Assembly (NCBI GenBank): GCA_023266875.1
Contig: JAHFOJ010000002.1
Location: 3,163-67,162, forward strand
From: Candidatus Giovannonibacteria bacterium
GTDB taxonomy: Bacteria; Patescibacteriota; Minisyncoccia; JACPKW01; UBA11713
DNA: 64,000 bases
Direction of reading: 5' to 3'
Made by a program: the position numbers and the translations under genes. Positions 39,720 to 48,989 of this stretch are shown piece by piece. The notes beneath the pieces are model-generated. The model was not told the DNA's origin, made no database searches, and worked only from the letters and a program-made list of their open reading frames with translations. Positions within the stretch are counted from its first letter, which is position 1; each line of letters starts with the position of its first letter.

Positions 39720-41354
39720 CTATGCCCCATATGGAGCTGGATTCGGAAGATTTCGGCGTAGCGGCAGTCGGATCAAGAACGTGCTGCCTCTGCCTACGCC
39801 TGGTGATTCTGCCCAAATTTCTCCTCCGTGATCAGATACTATTCGTTTCGCGAGATAAAGCCCAAGCCCTATTCCTTCCGCGTTCGCTTTCGCGCCCGTA
39901 TTTCCTCTGGTAAATCGGCTGAATATTCTTTCAAGATCTTCTTTCACCATGCCAACACCCGAATCGAGGAAAGTAATCAATAAAACCTCCCCCCCGCCGC
40001 TGCTTTTCGTTTCAATTTTTATTTTTACAAAACCTCGCGGGGTGTATTTGAGGTCATTGTCTATAATATTTGTAATAACTTGGCGGAACTTTTCCTTATC
40101 CACCGAAACATCTGGCAAAGTAGAGTCCGGCTTTTCGAAAATAAGTTCAATTTGCTTATCACGTGCTGGTCCTTGAAATTCGTCAACAACATTAGCGATC
40201 ATAGGAGCGATCTGGGTTGATTCAAAATTGTAATTCATGCGCCCCGATTCAATCCGTGACAAATTAAGAAAATCATTCACTAAATTAATTAAGCGCTCAT
40301 TTGAAAGATAAACTTTCGAGAGAGTTTCTCTGACTTTAGAAGATATTTCCCCAAAACTTCCCTCCTGAATCATAGAAATATATCCTTTAATAATTGAAAG
40401 CGGAGTCCGAAGCTGATGAGTGGCAAGCGAAAGAAATTCCGATTTCAGCTGATCAAGTTTCTTTAGTTCCACATTGGCTTTCTCCAAATCCTCCGCCAAC
40501 TTCTGAATCTGTTCTCTGGAGCGAACTTCTTGTAAAACACTGCGTATTAAAAGTAACCCAAAGAGAATAACCAATACCAGAAGGCCACCGTCAAGAAATG
40601 CATCCTGTAAAGTTCTAGCAATAACTGTTCTTACTAAAAGAAATACACAAATTGAAAAAACCAGTAGTTCGGTAGCAATAACACGCACATTAAATAAACG
40701 ATGCTTTATGACAGCATATCCAAGGAAAAAGGGAAAAAAAGAAACTAAAAAATTACCAAATGGCGGGATAGGAACTCCATACCATAAAAAAAAGTTCGTA
40801 GCCCCACCTCCGAATCCAAAAATCGCCCCAAGGACAACATAAGAGATCTGCCCTTTCTTTGATTTATCGGATAGCTTATAAGATTTTGCCAATAAAATGA
40901 AAGCATATAAAACCAGCACAAAATAGAAAAAGATTAGATAAAAAGTATAAAGCGGTCCAGGACTCGGCCAAAATGGGAAAAATAATTTTGGCCCTATGCT
41001 CTTTATAAATAAATTAGAGGTAGAAAAAAGGGTAAGTAAAATCGAAATAATATAAATTAAATATAAAAAACTGCGCTTATTTTTAGACTGACCCAACAGC
41101 TCTAAAACCCAGTGAAAGTAAAAAACTGGGATAAAAATTGATCCTATAGAGAAAAATCTTATCCAGAAAAGCGCTGGTTCAACACTTGCACTCGAAAGCC
41201 ACTGCCAATATCCAAAACTCCAGACTGCTATAGCAGCCGTCATAAGAAAAAACAATTGGTTAATTCTATCCCGGAAGCTTTTATAAATAAGAAGGAACCC
41301 AAAACTTAAAGCAAATATTCCGTTTACTAATCCAGATAAAGCAAAAATATTCAT
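39720..41354 (-). CDS. Sensor histidine kinase with N-terminal multi-TM (HisKA_7TM-like) domain
   Basis: Long multi-TM N-terminus; H-box ATHQLRTP, N-box NIIDN, DSGVG, GIGLGL, GRGSTF. Confidence 0.93.
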   Translation of the reverse strand: MNIFALSGLVNGIFALSFGFLLIYKSFRDRINQLFFLMTAAIAVWSFGYWQWLSSASVEPALFWIRFFSIGSIFIPVFYFHWVLELLGQSKNKRSFLYLIYIISILLTLFSTSNLFIKSIGPKLFFPFWPSPGPLYTFYLIFFYFVLVLYAFILLAKSYKLSDKSKKGQISYVVLGAIFGFGGGATNFFLWYGVPIPPFGNFLVSFFPFFLGYAVIKHRLFNVRVIATELLVFSICVFLLVRTVIARTLQDAFLDGGLLVLVILFGLLLIRSVLQEVRSREQIQKLAEDLEKANVELKKLDQLKSEFLSLATHQLRTPLSIIKGYISMIQEGSFGEISSKVRETLSKVYLSNERLINLVNDFLNLSRIESGRMNYNFESTQIAPMIANVVDEFQGPARDKQIELIFEKPDSTLPDVSVDKEKFRQVITNIIDNDLKYTPRGFVKIKIETKSSGGGEVLLITFLDSGVGMVKEDLERIFSRFTRGNTGAKANAEGIGLGLYLAKRIVSDHGGEIWAESPGVGRGSTFLIRLPLRRNLPNPAPYGA

Positions 41355-42232
41355 ATCTTACTAACCTTAGCAATAATATGGACTTTTAGTGGTTCAAATA
41401 TTATGTCTGGTTCACTCGAAAAACCGGCCTCAACCAATAGCTTCTTTAAATCCTTAGGTTCGCGATAATACATAAAAGGCCATCCTAAATTTGTGACAAA
41501 CGGCATTTCCTCATTTGGATGAACATTCGCCACAATAAAAACACCACCAGGCTTTAATATATTGTAAACACTTCTTATAAGTTCTGCTCCGCTTTCTTCC
41601 GAAAAATAATCTAAGAGCCCAACCATTTCTGCAATATCAAAAAAGTCCCCGCCCGATATTAACGTTTTTAAGTTACGTGCATCACCCCTAATCCAATCAA
41701 AAAGATCTGTGGAATCAAACTCCCCAGCGAGCTTTTTGCCAGCATCAATGGCGCGCTCATCCTTATCTATGTTTAAAACTTTTATATTTAAATGCCTCTC
41801 TTGGGAGATACGGTTTATAGATTGAATAAGAGCTCGCATCGAACCACCCCCAACGCTTATAATTTTGATTAAACGAGTATCGTCTATCCTCGTTAACCTT
41901 AAAATTTCTTCGTCCATATTCATTTCAACCAGCGCAAGCCGATTTCTTAAGGCTTTCGGCTGAGAGAAACAATGATGCCAAAATAAATCCGCCAAGCCCT
42001 GCATAATTCCTCTCGAAAATAAGCCACGTTGGTGTCTGGTATACATTGCATCTAAAGCAGCGGCAGTTCCTGTATTTTGAACTACAGTTTTAGAATCATG
42101 GCTTGTAGATCGCATCATCTTCTTTAGAAATTCCGGAGAAACATGATTCATAATTGGAACGCTAAAAATCCTGATAAACTTTGTCACCAGTCCATGAGTT
42201 TCCATTTCATTAGATATGGTTGTCGTTCCCAT
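41351..42232 (-). CDS. Class I SAM-dependent methyltransferase, PhcB/YnbC-like
   Basis: ALRNR, SVGGGS, GDA, MVGLLDYF, LKPGG; stop overlaps the kinase start (ATGA). Confidence 0.8.
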   Translation of the reverse strand: MGTTTISNEMETHGLVTKFIRIFSVPIMNHVSPEFLKKMMRSTSHDSKTVVQNTGTAAALDAMYTRHQRGLFSRGIMQGLADLFWHHCFSQPKALRNRLALVEMNMDEEILRLTRIDDTRLIKIISVGGGSMRALIQSINRISQERHLNIKVLNIDKDERAIDAGKKLAGEFDSTDLFDWIRGDARNLKTLISGGDFFDIAEMVGLLDYFSEESGAELIRSVYNILKPGGVFIVANVHPNEEMPFVTNLGWPFMYYREPKDLKKLLVEAGFSSEPDIIFEPLKVHIIAKVSKI

Positions 42233-42286
42233 AAATCAAGGATAGATCATTAAGAAGATAAAACCTGACGCGAACTATACCCAAAT

Positions 42287-42684
42287 TATCCCACAAAAAG
42301 CCCTTGGGAATAAGGGATAAAAAAAATCGCTAGTTGATTTAAAACTTCTAACCTATACCTCAACACCGAGTTTGTCTTTGAGAACTCTTTTTATATGCTC
42401 ATGCTCTATCTTCAGTGTTGTATATTCTAAAACCCTATCTAGCAGCTGGGGGAATTCTTCTCTATCCGGTTTTTTGTTAATTTCTTCGGTTAGTCTCTCA
42501 AATCTCTTATCAATATTAATAAGATCGGGATTTAATTCTTTCCTGATTTGTTTAGCAAATGTCTTCAATTCATCCTTTAGATCCTGCTTTGTGATTTGTT
42601 TCACTTTTTTATTCTATTATTTAAATAAAATTATTGCAAATTTATAATATCCCACAAAAAGCCCGTGGAAATAAGGAATAAAAA
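42287..42684. repeat. 37-bp direct repeats flanking an 83 aa ORF
   Basis: TATCCCACAAAAAGCCC[T/G]TGG[G/A]AATAAGG[G/A]ATAAAAA at 42287-42323 and 42648-42684. Confidence 0.85.
42353..42604 (-). CDS. Hypothetical coiled-coil protein
   Basis: 83 aa, ITKQDLKDELK...IDKRFERL helical pattern. Confidence 0.7.
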   Translation of the reverse strand: MKQITKQDLKDELKTFAKQIRKELNPDLINIDKRFERLTEEINKKPDREEFPQLLDRVLEYTTLKIEHEHIKRVLKDKLGVEV

Positions 42685-42767
42685 TTACATGTTGCGTCGC
42701 ATTTAGACCTGTTATAAAATGGGGACGAATTTAAATTCTTTAATAACCGAAAGGAGAACGGAAGATA

Positions 42768-44687
42768 ATGAAGACGAAGAAAGCACGATGGATAATCGGA
42801 GGTTTAATTTTTTGGATAGTTGGATTGCTTGAGGGAAAAACTGAAGCAAATTTTGGTGGGCTCCATAGGGAATTTTCCCCATGCGCCCCAGGCAACGGCC
42901 GCGCAGTCGCGTTCAGCCCGGAGAGCAAAAATATTTTCTACACGCTCTGGAACGATACGCGAATATTCATAACCGACCCTAACAACACCACTTGCTCGGC
43001 GATTAATACTGGAATTGTTTTCGGAGCGCTCGCATACGACGGAAAACGCAAACGTCTCTGGGGCGCCGGTTATGACTATGGCCACCGCGGCGGAATTTAT
43101 CTGATTGATTCAAATGGTGCGTCCTCGCTCCAATTCAGCTTCATCCCCAACGAAACAACCTGCCTTCAGAACCAATATCATGGATATTTCACCGGACTTT
43201 CATATGATGAAGGCCCGACTTCATCGAACAGCGATGACTCGCTCTGGCTCGTCGACAATGACGGGAAAACAATTTACCACATGAGTCTGCAAGGCAATTT
43301 AATATCAAGTTCGGTAATTCCAAAGGGACCTCGTACCGGTCTCGTCGGCTGTGCAAATGGCATCGCCTCTGACAGGGACTTCTTGTGGATCACACTTATA
43401 TCTGGGTTGCATGCAGACATAAGCGGCATAATGCCTTTTGACATCGTAAAAGTCAGAAAATCTGACCCATCCACGATCGTCGAAAGTTTTTCTGCGGACA
43501 ACATAAACAACAACAGTCCAATAGGAATAGCGATCGAACGAGGAAAAACCATTCCAGGAAGAACCGGCCTATGGGTCAATTTTACCGGCGGAAATAATAT
43601 TAGACTCTTTGAAGCCGATAAAATCACTCCGGTCATTCTCGTAAACGGCTTTAGTGGCAACGCGGAAAGTTTCGGTCAAATGGCAGAATATCTAGCGCTT
43701 GACGGTTTTCCGGTGTATGTATTTGACTACGGAGAATTTACCGGACTAAATAGCGACATCTCAATCGAAGAAATCGCGGCGCTGTTCGCAGGATATGTTA
43801 ACGACGTCTTAAGAGTGACAGGAACCGGTCAAGTTGATATTGTAGTCCACTCAATGGGCGGACTTGTGGCAAGAGCATGGATCGCCGGCCTTGCGACAGT
43901 TCCGGTAAAATACACAGGACAAATTCGACGTATGATAACGCTCGGCACACTTAATTACGGAGCAGTGGCGGCGTCAATCGCAGATTTGATTATGACCAAT
44001 AACTCACCGATTCAGGGAGACGAGATGGCCCTTGGCAGTAACTTTCTATTAAACCTCCACAAGAATTGGATGGCCTTGAAATCATCAGGCGCGATTCTTC
44101 CTGATATTCTTTTTGTTGCAGGAACAAGCGGCATCGAAAATACTATTGATGAATGCGGCGGGATCGGCTGCTCGGATCAGATTGTCGATATCACAAGCGC
44201 CATTATGCCGGATGCCCCAGCAAACATGGTTCGTTACGTCCCATACATCCACGCGCATATCATGCCGTTGCCGTTCTCTCCGACGTCGATCGCTGAAATA
44301 GATTCAAAGGATCACGCCAGTTACAGAATTGCGAAAGCCTTCCTTGACGACGTAGTCTTGGACCAATGCTGCGACTCCGCCTCAATCGGATACACCCCGC
44401 CCCACGAAAGAAATGTGCCTAAAGAAAAAACGGGGACTCTGATTTTCCAGCTGATTGATAAGAAAGCCCTCACCCCGATTCTCGGCAAAAAAATAACAAT
44501 AAAACTCGATCGCGCAGCAAAAGCCGCGCTAATAGACATCAATTCGGGCACAGCCGGTGTGACAATCTTGAATCTGCCGGAGGGTTTACGCAAAGTAACC
44601 GTATCGGTAAAAGGTCGCAAAAACATAATTCTAAACATTGCAATTAAAGCTGCATACCCAATCGTGATATCAGAAATTGCAATGTGA
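42768..44687 (+). CDS. Secreted alpha/beta hydrolase (lipase-like) with N-terminal beta-propeller-like domain
   Basis: Signal/TM segment, ALAYDG/GLSYD/GIASD/GIAIE blade-like repeats, PVILVNG, VHSMGG nucleophile elbow; AAGGAG SD upstream. Confidence 0.8.
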   Translation: MKTKKARWIIGGLIFWIVGLLEGKTEANFGGLHREFSPCAPGNGRAVAFSPESKNIFYTLWNDTRIFITDPNNTTCSAINTGIVFGALAYDGKRKRLWGAGYDYGHRGGIYLIDSNGASSLQFSFIPNETTCLQNQYHGYFTGLSYDEGPTSSNSDDSLWLVDNDGKTIYHMSLQGNLISSSVIPKGPRTGLVGCANGIASDRDFLWITLISGLHADISGIMPFDIVKVRKSDPSTIVESFSADNINNNSPIGIAIERGKTIPGRTGLWVNFTGGNNIRLFEADKITPVILVNGFSGNAESFGQMAEYLALDGFPVYVFDYGEFTGLNSDISIEEIAALFAGYVNDVLRVTGTGQVDIVVHSMGGLVARAWIAGLATVPVKYTGQIRRMITLGTLNYGAVAASIADLIMTNNSPIQGDEMALGSNFLLNLHKNWMALKSSGAILPDILFVAGTSGIENTIDECGGIGCSDQIVDITSAIMPDAPANMVRYVPYIHAHIMPLPFSPTSIAEIDSKDHASYRIAKAFLDDVVLDQCCDSASIGYTPPHERNVPKEKTGTLIFQLIDKKALTPILGKKITIKLDRAAKAALIDINSGTAGVTILNLPEGLRKVTVSVKGRKNIILNIAIKAAYPIVISEIAM

Positions 44688-44697
44688 CCCGCAAAGC

Positions 44698-44741
44698 AAA
44701 AGCCTGACTAGAGGACAGTTTACTCCTCTAGTCAGGCTTTT
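44698..44741. terminator. Bidirectional intrinsic terminator
   Basis: AAAAGCCTGACTAGAGGA...TCCTCTAGTCAGGCTTTT between convergent genes. Confidence 0.9.
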
Positions 44742-44745
44742 CAGA

Positions 44746-45378
44746 TTAAGCGCGAATATTTTCAAAAAGCGCAAGTATTTTTTCGTGTATAACCGCCGTC
44801 CCCTCTTCTACCGTAATCGAATTAGAATCGTCAAGCCTAAACGGCTCCCCGACGCAAATTTGAATATTTCGGCCTTGGGCTTTTATTGCGATGGGGATCA
44901 CCGGGACTTTCGCGCCTAGCGCGATTGCAGATGCCCCGTGGCGAAAAACTCCAAGCGCGCCGCTTTTTTGCACTCGTCCCTCTGGGAACATCACAACCGT
45001 CTCGCCTGACCTTAGAATATCGAGCGGGGTTTTTATGGCAGCGTCTATCCCTTCCCCGCGCTTCGACGGGAAAACCCCCATAATTCTGAACAGCAACGGG
45101 ATGAGGCCAATTTTCCGCAAAAAATCAAGAAATCTGTGATTAAATTTTATATATTCCCCCATATAACGAAGCGGAACGAGCGGCGAGAAAAGCGGCAAAG
45201 AAAGTCCGATTAAAAATGAGTCGTAAAACGCAATATGATTTGAAACTATAAGCACCGGCCCTGCGACGCGTTTAAACTCTTCGCGGCCCGAAATTTTGAC
45301 CTTACGAAAAATATGAAATAGCAGCCAAGAGCCGGGTTTTATTATAAAATTCTGACTAAATTTATACCAATATTTCAT
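44746..45378 (-). CDS. PlsC-family lysophospholipid acyltransferase
   Basis: SNHIAFYD (HxxxxD), FPEG, PVIPI. Confidence 0.92.
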   Translation of the reverse strand: MKYWYKFSQNFIIKPGSWLLFHIFRKVKISGREEFKRVAGPVLIVSNHIAFYDSFLIGLSLPLFSPLVPLRYMGEYIKFNHRFLDFLRKIGLIPLLFRIMGVFPSKRGEGIDAAIKTPLDILRSGETVVMFPEGRVQKSGALGVFRHGASAIALGAKVPVIPIAIKAQGRNIQICVGEPFRLDDSNSITVEEGTAVIHEKILALFENIRA

Positions 45379-45500
45379 TGCGCGACCTAATTGACGATGT
45401 TAGAAATTATTTAATTTTGTCTTTTAAATATGGTGAGTAAAAATTTCTATACTTAGATTGAAATTCAAAGTCTTTCCAACTATTAGAATCTATAATTTTT

Positions 45501-46646
45501 CTACATTTTAAACATTCCGGCTAGTAAATCTCGAACAATCTCCGCCGTGCCGGCCGCCAGTGAAAAAGCCTGAGAATCTTGCCGAACATGCGAAAGCCAA
45601 TGATCTTCTAAAAATCCCTCGGCTCCGTGTAGGTGAACACATTCGCTAATAATTTTTTGACAATTCTCGTAACTAAATATTTTCAGCATTAAAATTTCTT
45701 TATCCACCGGCTTACCTTCTGCAAAAGCATCACATACCAAGTAGGTAAACTGTCTAGCGGCTTCTATGGTGGTACGCAACTCGACCATTCTATGACGAAT
45801 GACCTGTTTTTTACTAAGCGCTTCGTCAAATCGATGGCGGCTTTGAAGAAAATTAAGAGTGTCCTCCCAAATATAAAGAGCCAAAGAATTCAGCGCCACA
45901 GCTCCAATTAAACGTTCTCTTTGTAATCCGCGTAATAAGTATAGAAACCCTCGCGTGGAATCTCCAAGTAAACTACCCTTGGAGATTGAACAATCCTTAA
46001 AGCAGATCGATGCGGTATCACTTGTCTTTAATCCAACAGTAACGAGTTTCTCTCTTTTTATACCCCTTGCATCACCTGGCACTAAAAACAAACCAAGCGC
46101 CCAAATATCTTTTTGAGTTTTAGTTCGCGCTAATACAACTGTATAGTTGGCAATGGATCCATTTGTTATATATCTTTTTTCACCATTCAATATATAATTT
46201 TTACCTTTTAGCAGAGCCACTGTAGTAATAGATGCTAAGTCTGACCCGCTACTAGGATCAGTGGCAGCAAGCGCAAGATAAAATTTCCCGGCAAGTGCGG
46301 GTTTTAATATTTTTTCCTTTTGCTCATTATTTCCTAATTGAAAAATTAAAGGAGCAACCATGTTGCTTTGCACTAAAATAGACAACGCCCAGCCTAGTAC
46401 TCTAGATCGAGCTAATTCTTCGGCCAAGATAACTTCATGCCAAAAATCTTTATTACCACCCCCAACACTTTCAGGCAGGGAAAGACCGATAAATCCATGC
46501 TCGCCGACTTTCTGAAGTAGATTTACAGGAATACTTCTTGTTTTTTCCCATTCGAGCGCGTGAGGAATTACTTCTTTTGCTATAAATTTTCTAACAGTTT
46601 GCCGGAAATTTTTATGTGGTACATCTTCAAAAATAATAGGCTCCAT
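45501..46646 (-). CDS. Acyl-CoA/acyl-ACP dehydrogenase
   Basis: TDPSSGSD, LNGEKRYITNG, LQRERL, R.RFD..L...QVIRH, GTAEI. Confidence 0.93.
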   Translation of the reverse strand: MEPIIFEDVPHKNFRQTVRKFIAKEVIPHALEWEKTRSIPVNLLQKVGEHGFIGLSLPESVGGGNKDFWHEVILAEELARSRVLGWALSILVQSNMVAPLIFQLGNNEQKEKILKPALAGKFYLALAATDPSSGSDLASITTVALLKGKNYILNGEKRYITNGSIANYTVVLARTKTQKDIWALGLFLVPGDARGIKREKLVTVGLKTSDTASICFKDCSISKGSLLGDSTRGFLYLLRGLQRERLIGAVALNSLALYIWEDTLNFLQSRHRFDEALSKKQVIRHRMVELRTTIEAARQFTYLVCDAFAEGKPVDKEILMLKIFSYENCQKIISECVHLHGAEGFLEDHWLSHVRQDSQAFSLAAGTAEIVRDLLAGMFKM

Positions 46647-46650
46647 AATA

Positions 46651-46908
46651 TTAAAAAGATTCTATTGGTAGCTTACGCTTACTACTACCCTTGTTCTGAA
46701 TTACATAATCCACAATATCGCCAACTGTCTTAATATGATTCATTTTACTAGGCTCTATTGAAACTTTATATTCATCACTCAAAACAGCAATTAATTCGAC
46801 TATATCCATTGAGTCCTTGGCGATATCTTCGAGAAGTGTAGAATCATTAACCTGATTCGGTTCTTTATATAACGTAGCTCTTATTATTTCTATAATTTCA
46901 TCTTTCAT
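46651..46908 (-). CDS. Acyl carrier protein (FAS-type)
   Basis: DSMDIVEL phosphopantetheine site, IKTVGDIVDYV. Confidence 0.92.
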   Translation of the reverse strand: MKDEIIEIIRATLYKEPNQVNDSTLLEDIAKDSMDIVELIAVLSDEYKVSIEPSKMNHIKTVGDIVDYVIQNKGSSKRKLPIESF

Positions 46909-47456
46909 AATAAATCCTTAAAATAAGTCTTGAATGGCTCTGTGTTTGAAAGCTTGTCATAAACCTCCTCGTCCATTTTCTCCAATTTCTGCATAATCGC
47001 ATCCAATTTCCCCTGACCATTTTCCCGGGCATACTTATCTAATTCTTCGCGTATCCATCCGATGTGACCAGTCTCATCATCAATCATTTTTTGTAAGGCC
47101 TCTTTAACCAGAGGATTTGTATCGGGTAGGTTTAGATGTTTGGTGAATTGATTAAGTGTGCGTTTTTCAAAAACTTGGGTCAAGCAAAAAATCTCAAGGG
47201 TATTTTCCGGCATCCCGAATAATTTCCCATACTCAGTTTGATAAGTTTCCGTCACCTTAACTGGTATACGTCCAAGATCCTTAATCACTTTTGTCCAACG
47301 CCAAGCATGCTCGGCCTCCTCGAGGCAGTGTTCGGTTAGTGGAATTCGATATTCACCTATAGTGGTGTGAAAAGCAAGTTTACCAAACAAGATTGAGCCA
47401 GATAGTTCACACGCACGATAGTAACTGAGAATATATAATTCTTGGTCTGACATCAT
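46905..47456 (-). CDS. Ferritin-like diiron protein
   Basis: E...EEAEH and E...DETGH ligand pairs. Confidence 0.85.
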   Translation of the reverse strand: MMSDQELYILSYYRACELSGSILFGKLAFHTTIGEYRIPLTEHCLEEAEHAWRWTKVIKDLGRIPVKVTETYQTEYGKLFGMPENTLEIFCLTQVFEKRTLNQFTKHLNLPDTNPLVKEALQKMIDDETGHIGWIREELDKYARENGQGKLDAIMQKLEKMDEEVYDKLSNTEPFKTYFKDLL

Positions 47457-47458
47457 AT

Positions 47459-48157
47459 TTATATTTGTTTATCGGCAAGAGCTTCACTCGGTCGTTTGCC
47501 CACTAATCGTCCCACTTTTTCATTAAAACCTTGGATGATTCTTATATTATCTTCTTTTGCCGGTGAAACTTGTGGCATAACGTACTCTCCTATGTGTTGA
47601 TAGTTTAGTGCGTGTTCAAGTACCTGACCCTTAACCTTAGGGTCTGCTTTGATCATTTCTTCAAGTAAATCAAAAGCGAATTGAGAATGACTGACTTCTT
47701 CGGCAGAAAATCTTGGCAGAAGATTTTTTAAAACCGGCTCTTCGGTGAGTTGTATGAGGTCTCTAAAGAATTCGGCGGCAAAATGTTCGGTGCCCATAAA
47801 ATTTACTAACTCACGTACTTTGTCCGTATATCTTTTATCCTTATCTTTTGAACGCACATCTCTAACTTCTTCATCTGTTACTGGATTGTATCCGACAATT
47901 TCAAGGTATCGTCGTAAAATAAAATAATGACCATATGCCTCAAACGCCTCTATTGTAAAAATTGAAGTTGCCGCCACGTTGTCCCAAAATAGTTCGTTCA
48001 TTTTTCCTGTGTAAATGGGGAGGTAGCACTCCACAAGACAAGCTTCGCGCAACAAGTCTAAACATTTAGTGTTCTTTAATGCCAATTCTTTATTGATTGA
48101 TTTCCAATCAACCCTGCTATCAAAAATTTTACTATTAGCGAAGTCAATGGTTGTCAT
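47459..48157 (-). CDS. Ferritin-like diiron protein (desaturase/oxygenase-like)
   Basis: VE...EAYGH and TE...EEVSH ligand pairs. Confidence 0.8.
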   Translation of the reverse strand: MTTIDFANSKIFDSRVDWKSINKELALKNTKCLDLLREACLVECYLPIYTGKMNELFWDNVAATSIFTIEAFEAYGHYFILRRYLEIVGYNPVTDEEVRDVRSKDKDKRYTDKVRELVNFMGTEHFAAEFFRDLIQLTEEPVLKNLLPRFSAEEVSHSQFAFDLLEEMIKADPKVKGQVLEHALNYQHIGEYVMPQVSPAKEDNIRIIQGFNEKVGRLVGKRPSEALADKQI

Positions 48158-48158
48158 A

Positions 48159-48989
48159 TTAGTCTTTTACTCCAATTAGTATTGTTTGTAACTCATTTTG
48201 ATAAGCGTGAATTGTATTAAATCCGGCTTGATTAGCAAGGATTTTTAAAAAATCCTCTGAACGATAGTGGGTATAAAGTTCTGCAATATTTTTCATTAGA
48301 TATTCGGAAAATTTATGCGGCATCATTCCTGATGTAAAAAATATCCCACCTTCTTTTAAATTATTGTGGGCAATTTTATAAAAATGCAGAGTATCCTCAT
48401 CGCTTAAGAACTCAGTGAACCCCGTACAGATAATCATATCGTATTTTTTGTTTTTTCGGTAGCTCTCTTCATTAAACGCATCCCCTTGCCAAAAAAACAT
48501 TTGATGCTTGTGATGATCATTTTTCTTTCCTAATACCTCTATGAGTTCACGATCCAAATCAATTCCATGCCATCTGATGCGCTTATAAAATGGGTGACTC
48601 GCGATTTGTAGTTCATGGGCGACTTCAAAAATTTCTCTCCCGAGTCCACATGGCACTGCTAAAATATCAATCGGCTCTTTGTGACGCACGTTATCTATAA
48701 GATTGTAGATTTCTTCTTTAGCGTGAATATATCTTGATCGGAGGGAACGAGACGACTTTAAATTTAAGAGTATGGAATCAAGTATTTTTCCGATAACAAA
48801 TTTACCCTTGGGTTTATTGGCATAGATATGATCAGCAAATTGATAGCTTCCTGAATTTTTAATTCCTTCACGAGCCAGCTCACTTGTTAATAGTAAATAA
48901 TAAATAGGCAAAAGATAGGACTTTCCCTCTCTCAATAATTTTCTAGGGATCGAGGAAGATTGGCGAGTTTTATTGTAACATTTTGGCAT
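48159..48989 (-). CDS. Class I SAM methyltransferase, YnbC/PhcB-like
   Basis: SGSYQFADHIY.NKP.G..IG..LD, LRSR, AVPCGLGRE, QGDAFN, CTGFTEFL, LKEGG. Confidence 0.82.
   Translation of the reverse strand: MPKCYNKTRQSSSIPRKLLREGKSYLLPIYYLLLTSELAREGIKNSGSYQFADHIYANKPKGKFVIGKILDSILLNLKSSRSLRSRYIHAKEEIYNLIDNVRHKEPIDILAVPCGLGREIFEVAHELQIASHPFYKRIRWHGIDLDRELIEVLGKKNDHHKHQMFFWQGDAFNEESYRKNKKYDMIICTGFTEFLSDEDTLHFYKIAHNNLKEGGIFFTSGMMPHKFSEYLMKNIAELYTHYRSEDFLKILANQAGFNTIHAYQNELQTILIGVKD

Noticed and set aside
42286-42295. DnaA boxes / oriC
   Set aside because: TTATCCCACA has an extra C relative to TTATCCACA, only two such sites occur, and there is no dnaA or divergent orientation switch.
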